DNA of 64,000 nucleotides from Puniceicoccales bacterium (GTDB lineage Bacteria; Verrucomicrobiota; Verrucomicrobiia; Opitutales; JAIRKQ01): NCBI GenBank assembly GCA_031269795.1, contig JAISYR010000021.1, positions 3,818 to 67,817 of the forward strand, read 5' to 3'. Shown piece by piece: positions 59,529 to 64,000 of this stretch (position 1 is its first letter; each line of letters starts with the position of its first letter). The notes under the pieces were generated by a model. It saw only the letters and a program-made list of their open reading frames with translations, ran no database searches and was not told where the DNA came from. The position numbers and the translations under genes were made by a program.

Positions 59529-59703
59529 TGTTAACCTTTGTTGAGAATATTTTTTCGAAAAATATTTCGCTCAATTTACTTAAGCCAACAATTGTGTCAA
59601 TAAATTTGCTAAGTTTTTATCCGATGGAAGATCTATGGTTAATATTTTTACAAAAAAAAATTTCTCTTGGGATGGAACTTTTGCAATCAAAGATGGACGA
59701 TGT

Positions 59704-60201
59704 TTAAATATCAAAAATGTCCTTGTTTGCAAAAAATTTTATTTTTTGATCGGCACACTTTGCAATTAGCTGGTCAATATGCCGATTTTCAATGACCAAA
59801 TTGGGGGCGATTTCCTTTAGAGGTGCCAGGACAAAGTTACGGTCAAACATTCGTGGATGTGGAATTATTAAATCCGGCGTTGAGATTTTTTCAGAATTGA
59901 AAATCAAGAGATCAATGTCTATGTTTCTTGGCCCAAATTCTATGATTTTATTTCTACCAATGGAATATTCGATGTCCTGGCAGAGCTTGAGTAGTCGCGG
60001 TGCGTTGAATGTCGTTTTGACCAATAACACGCAATTGAGAAAGTTTGGTTGGTTTGCTAGAATTTGAGGTTCTGTTTCGTAGATACTGGAACATTTTTCA
60101 ATTTTCAGATCATCGCATTTTAATTTTGATACCGCAAGGGCTAAAAAGCCCAGGCGGTCTCCAAGGTTACTTCCAAGCGATAAATAGGCTTCATTATTCA
60201 T
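59704..60201 (-). CDS. folK: 2-amino-4-hydroxy-6-hydroxymethyldihydropteridine diphosphokinase
   Basis: YLSLGSNLGDR, SSIYETEP, FLNCV, GPRNIDIDLL, PHPRM..RNFVL.PL. Confidence 0.96.
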   Translation of the reverse strand: MNNEAYLSLGSNLGDRLGFLALAVSKLKCDDLKIEKCSSIYETEPQILANQPNFLNCVLLVKTTFNAPRLLKLCQDIEYSIGRNKIIEFGPRNIDIDLLIFNSEKISTPDLIIPHPRMFDRNFVLAPLKEIAPNLVIENRHIDQLIAKCADQKIKFFANKDIFDI

Positions 60202-60565
60202 TGCGTAAAAACGTCGATGAGAACCCCAGGCCTGAAAAACTTTTATCCGCCAAAGAATCGGGAAATTTTTTAATCGCGATGTCCAGCAGCGTAATTGGCT
60301 GAAATTTCTGAAATACTCTGCTAGCTATGTGCTGTGCTAGCTTTTCCAAAAGATTAAAAGATGAATCTTGGACAGCCTCTAATATTGTCCCCAGCAATTC
60401 TGCGTAATCGACGGTATGGGAAATCATATCGGAATCTTTCGCCCGAGTAGCATCAAATTGAGCTTTCGCTGAAATTAGGAAACGCTGTAATCTAAATTTC
60501 TCCCCCACGGAGGTTCCATGCTTGGCAAATATCTCAATGTCATCTATAAAAATTTTGTCGTTCAT
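60194..60565 (-). CDS. folB: Dihydroneopterin aldolase
   Basis: HG....EK...QRF, D....TVDYA, FNLLEKLA..IA, I.K; ATG at 60565. Confidence 0.9.
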   Translation of the reverse strand: MNDKIFIDDIEIFAKHGTSVGEKFRLQRFLISAKAQFDATRAKDSDMISHTVDYAELLGTILEAVQDSSFNLLEKLAQHIASRVFQKFQPITLLDIAIKKFPDSLADKSFSGLGFSSTFLRNE

Positions 60566-61409
60566 ACAATTTTTGTGCAAATTTTAACACTGCCAAATTT
60601 TCGGCCACCTCATGGACTCGAAAGATCTTACAGCCCTGGCGAAACCCTTCCATCGTCGTAGCCATGGTAGCACTTGATAATGTTTTCCCATCGCCACCGT
60701 CGATAGCTGTAGCTAAAAAAGATTTTTTCGATGTGGCGCAGACGACGGGATTTGAAAATTTCGAACATATTTTACCAATTGTTCTAAAAATTTCCAAATT
60801 CTGCTGTGGTGTTTTCCCAAAACCTATGCCTGGGTCGAAAATAATACGTTTCACATCAAAATTTATGCGGATTGCTTCATCTAAAATCCTTTCAAATTCT
60901 GAAATGATTTTGCCAACGGGGTCGTTGGTCTGCAAAAAGTTTTTATCATTTCGTGCATTGTGGGTAACGATTAGATGAGCATCAAAATCTTTAACGACGG
61001 TTGCCATTTCGCGGAAATGCCATGTGCAGCACACATCGTTTATGATATTTACCCCATGTTCCAGTGCCTTCCGTGCAACCTCGACATGGTATGTGTCAAT
61101 GGAAATGGACACGTTGCCAACGGCTGTGGCGGCATTTAAAACATTTCCAATACGTCTCCACTCGGTGTCCGCATCGATTTCAATTGCTTTGGGATTTGTC
61201 GATTCTCCCCCAATATCGATGATTGTCCCTCCTCCACCGGCGAGTTCGTATAAATGTTGTATGGCTTTTGGTTGTGCTGTCGTGGCTTCCGAACGTCGTT
61301 CCGCATCATCTCGGTCAAAAAATTTACCACCGTCCGAAAACGAATTAGGCGTAACGTTTAAAATTCCCATGACACATGGTAGAGTAATTTGACTAAAACT
61401 TTTCCCCAC
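60540..61409 (-). CDS. folP: Dihydropteroate synthase (with 13-aa insertion)
   Basis: MGILNVTPNSFSDGG, IIDIGGEST, SIDTY, IINDV, DPGIGFGK, SKKSF, RVHEV. Confidence 0.94.
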   Translation of the reverse strand: MGKSFSQITLPCVMGILNVTPNSFSDGGKFFDRDDAERRSEATTAQPKAIQHLYELAGGGGTIIDIGGESTNPKAIEIDADTEWRRIGNVLNAATAVGNVSISIDTYHVEVARKALEHGVNIINDVCCTWHFREMATVVKDFDAHLIVTHNARNDKNFLQTNDPVGKIISEFERILDEAIRINFDVKRIIFDPGIGFGKTPQQNLEIFRTIGKICSKFSNPVVCATSKKSFLATAIDGGDGKTLSSATMATTMEGFRQGCKIFRVHEVAENLAVLKFAQKLYERQNFYR

Positions 61410-61971
61410 TTGTTTGAAAGATTAACTGTTGGGCTTCCATGGCAAGTAATTTTTCCGATAAAAACTTTCCAGAAGCTGCACGGGTTATCGTCTTGCTGCA
61501 CGGCTGCATGACTCCACGTACGGTCATGCACATGTGCTGGCCAGAAACAATTACCAAAACCCCATCATTGGCGGTATTTTTTCTAATCGCTTCGAGAATT
61601 TGTTGAGTTAGGCGTTCTTGCAATTGCAGGCATTTTGCGTATTTGTCGACGATGCGTACCAACTTGCTCAGTCCTACGACCGTACTGTTTTTGGGAATAT
61701 AGGCGATGGAAACGCTGCCAAAAAATGGAAGTAGGTGATGCTCGCAAAATGATGAAAATTGAATATTTTTCACAACAACGAAGCCGCCATAGTTTTCTGC
61801 GACAAATGTTTGTTTTAGCAATTCTTCATCCGAATTTTTTTTTGTTTCGAAAAAATTTCGCCACATCATTGCCACGCGTTGCGGCGTATCCCGAAGTCCC
61901 TCGCGTGATACATCATCTCCGATACCTTCGATCAACAGTCCTATGCCAGCAACAATTTTTTCAAGATTCAT
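61393..61971 (-). CDS. folE: GTP cyclohydrolase I
   Basis: GLRDTP.RVA, SFCEHHLLPF, GLSKLVR, QLQERLT, HMCM..RG. Confidence 0.96.
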   Translation of the reverse strand: MNLEKIVAGIGLLIEGIGDDVSREGLRDTPQRVAMMWRNFFETKKNSDEELLKQTFVAENYGGFVVVKNIQFSSFCEHHLLPFFGSVSIAYIPKNSTVVGLSKLVRIVDKYAKCLQLQERLTQQILEAIRKNTANDGVLVIVSGQHMCMTVRGVMQPCSKTITRAASGKFLSEKLLAMEAQQLIFQTSGEKF

Positions 61972-62145
61972 TGTTAGATTATATTTATATATCGCCTTTC
62001 TTTACAAGGTTCTTTACGGGGATGAACCATTTACAAAGCCCCCATGGGATTGCTAGGAATCATTCGTTCTTCCTCTAATTCTGCGATAAAACTTTAAAAT
62101 ACGTTGAAAAATGTCTAAAACTTAGCAATTGCAAAATTTATTACT

Positions 62146-63159
62146 ATGCAAATACTAGGACGGCAAAGTATGGCAAATGGTACTGGCGATATAAATACGG
62201 TGGTCCGAGAATCCTCGGCCTGGATATCAATCTTAAGGAATGAAATTGGTCGGTTGATCGTCGGCCAACGGTATATGATAGATCGGATGATAGTAGGTTT
62301 GCTCACCGGGGGACACATTTTGCTAGAAGGTGTTCCAGGCCTTGGGAAGACCCTGGCGATCAAATCCTTAGCAGCGGCAATACAAGGATCGTTCCAAAGG
62401 GTTCAATTCACCCCTGACATGTTGCCAGCCGACATAATTGGCACGCAAATTTATAATCAGAAGACCGGCGAGTTTTACACCAGAAAAGGGCCCATTTTTG
62501 CCAATTTGGTTCTCGCCGACGAAATCAATCGTGCTCCGGCCAAAGTACAAAGTGCTCTACTGGAAAGTATGCAAGAGTTGCAGGTAACAATTGCCGGTGA
62601 GACCAACAAACTGCCCGAATTATTCATGGTGTTTGCCACCGAAAATCCGATTGAATATGAGGGAACGTATCCTTTACCTGAGTCGCAAGTCGACAGGTTT
62701 TTATTGAAATTGAAGATCGAATATCCGAGCAAATTAGAAGAAATAAAAATCTTGGATTCGGCGGCAAAAATCAGCAAAGAAACCGCAATAAACGCAGCCG
62801 TATCCCTGGATCAAATTTTAAAATCCCGCAAAGTAGTCGATGAAATTTTCATCGATGAAAAAGTCAAAGAATATTTGGTGGACATAGTTTCTGCGACGAG
62901 AAAACCCAGCGACTATAAACTTGAAATCGACCAGTTTGTCCAAATCGGAGCATCTCCACGGGCCACGATCGCTCTAGCCTTAGCGGCCAAGGCATGGGCG
63001 TTTTTACAGGGCCGGGGATACGTCACTCCACAGGATGTAAAAACCATAGGAATCGATGTTCTGCGCCATAGGATAGTCACCTCCTATCTTGCAGAATCCG
63101 AAGGAATATCGAGTGAAATCATCGCTGCAAAAATTTTGAACACTATCCGAGTACCATGA
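62146..63159 (+). CDS. MoxR-like AAA+ ATPase
   Basis: LLEGVPGLGKT, QFTPDMLPAD, LADEINRAPAKVQSALLE, ATENPIE.EGTYPLPE.Q.DRF, GASPRA. Confidence 0.95.
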   Translation: MQILGRQSMANGTGDINTVVRESSAWISILRNEIGRLIVGQRYMIDRMIVGLLTGGHILLEGVPGLGKTLAIKSLAAAIQGSFQRVQFTPDMLPADIIGTQIYNQKTGEFYTRKGPIFANLVLADEINRAPAKVQSALLESMQELQVTIAGETNKLPELFMVFATENPIEYEGTYPLPESQVDRFLLKLKIEYPSKLEEIKILDSAAKISKETAINAAVSLDQILKSRKVVDEIFIDEKVKEYLVDIVSATRKPSDYKLEIDQFVQIGASPRATIALALAAKAWAFLQGRGYVTPQDVKTIGIDVLRHRIVTSYLAESEGISSEIIAAKILNTIRVP

Positions 63160-63206
63160 ATCGGTGCGGTGATTGAACAATTCACCGCTAGGGGGAAAGG
63201 GTAGTG

Positions 63207-63332
63207 ATGAATGAAAGTAAGGTCCCAAAAGCTGAAGATCGGACCTCAAAAATTGAATCTGGAAACGTTATAATGGCGAACCTGTGTATGGCTTGCGGAG
63301 GAGCCTACTGGCCAATGCTCGCAATAAAGTGA
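63207..63332 (+). CDS. Possible 41-aa small ORF
   Basis: MNESKVPKAEDRTSKIESGNVIMANLCMACGGAYWPMLAIK; purine-rich run upstream; could be chance. Confidence 0.2.
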   Translation: MNESKVPKAEDRTSKIESGNVIMANLCMACGGAYWPMLAIK

Positions 63333-63431
63333 CTAAATTTATGAGATGATCCCACCTGATGTCACATAAAATGATTGATTCCGATAAAATTTTGTATACA
63401 CTCCTCCTGAGCGTTAGAAAAGGATTTGCGT

Positions 63432-64000
63432 ATGAATTTTGAAAAAAAGAAAGAAATTTTCGACAATATCTACCAGGGGATCAACGGTTACAGCATATCT
63501 CACAAGGGTAGGAGCACGATGGATACAAAGGATACAAAATTTTTGATATATGGCGAAGTTTCTTTCACAGAACTATTGGCCATCGTCGAAAATTCTGGGA
63601 TCAAAGATAAGCTTGATGGACTAACAACTTTCTGCGATCTTGGTTCTGGAACGGGCATGTGTCTCATCGGAACTGCCCTGATATGCCCATATTTTAATCG
63701 TATCATCGGCGTGGAGCTAGTCCCAGCTTTGTATGAATCATCGTTGAAAAGTGTGCAGTTGCTGGCTCAAACTAATAAAAAATTGGCCAACAAGATTAAA
63801 GTTATTAACGGAAATTTTTTAAAATTGAATTTTACCAAGCCATCCCTTTCGCCGAATGTAATCTTTATGCACTACCCGATGCACGGAATGGGTGCGGAGG
63901 AATTGTATTTGCAATTGGAAGAAAAGTTTCGGAAGGAACTAAAGTCCGGAAGCATTATAATTTCTGCCATACGGAAATTATCTATCCCGGAAGTTTTTCC
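63432..64000 (+). CDS. Class I SAM-dependent methyltransferase, DOT1-like (runs off the window end)
   Basis: Hand translation: MNFEKKKEIFDNIYQGINGYSISH..FLIYGEVSF..FCDLGSGTG..IIGVEL..INGNFL..VIFM; open to 64000. Confidence 0.85.
   Translation, partial: MNFEKKKEIFDNIYQGINGYSISHKGRSTMDTKDTKFLIYGEVSFTELLAIVENSGIKDKLDGLTTFCDLGSGTGMCLIGTALICPYFNRIIGVELVPALYESSLKSVQLLAQTNKKLANKIKVINGNFLKLNFTKPSLSPNVIFMHYPMHGMGAEELYLQLEEKFRKELKSGSIIISAIRKLSIPEVF

Overview
A 64-kb, AT-rich bacterial chromosome segment (roughly 40% GC by eye). Most of it is housekeeping: pheT, gatCA, mnmE, infA, sufCB, rpmI-rplT, aspS, ileS-dksA-lspA, gmk, rpmH-rnpA, infC, pheS, obgE, tsf-rpsB, tsaD, tRNA-Cys, recA, lepA, folE-folP-folB-folK and moxR. 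Protein style and the many orphan genes suggest a host-associated Verrucomicrobiota (Opitutae/Puniceicoccales-like) organism; this is inference and untested. The most unusual region is 22.9-28.9 kb. It holds three tandem units that share a ~135-bp upstream element and a ~30-codon leader: an internally deleted pseudogene, a 506-aa protein with a candidate papain-like Cys/His/Asp-Asn triad, and a 41-codon stub. Next come two unrelated minus-strand orphan ORFs, each followed by the same 98-bp hairpin, whose variant bases keep pairing only on the minus strand. An orphan membrane gene flanked by a decayed duplicate of the rplT 3' end closes the region. The layout resembles an effector gene 'workshop' using terminal reassortment or cassette shuffling, but no integrase or transposase is present in the window. 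Other highlights: full-length but apparently catalytically dead GalE-like and PPi-PFK-like proteins, a guanylate kinase with an N-terminal membrane or signal segment, a chimeric-looking tRNA 3' remnant after sufB, a DOT1-like methyltransferase at the right edge, a 13-aa palindromic insertion in FolP, and a scattered infC-rpmI-rplT-pheS-pheT operon. No rRNA, CRISPR array or intact IS element was seen.
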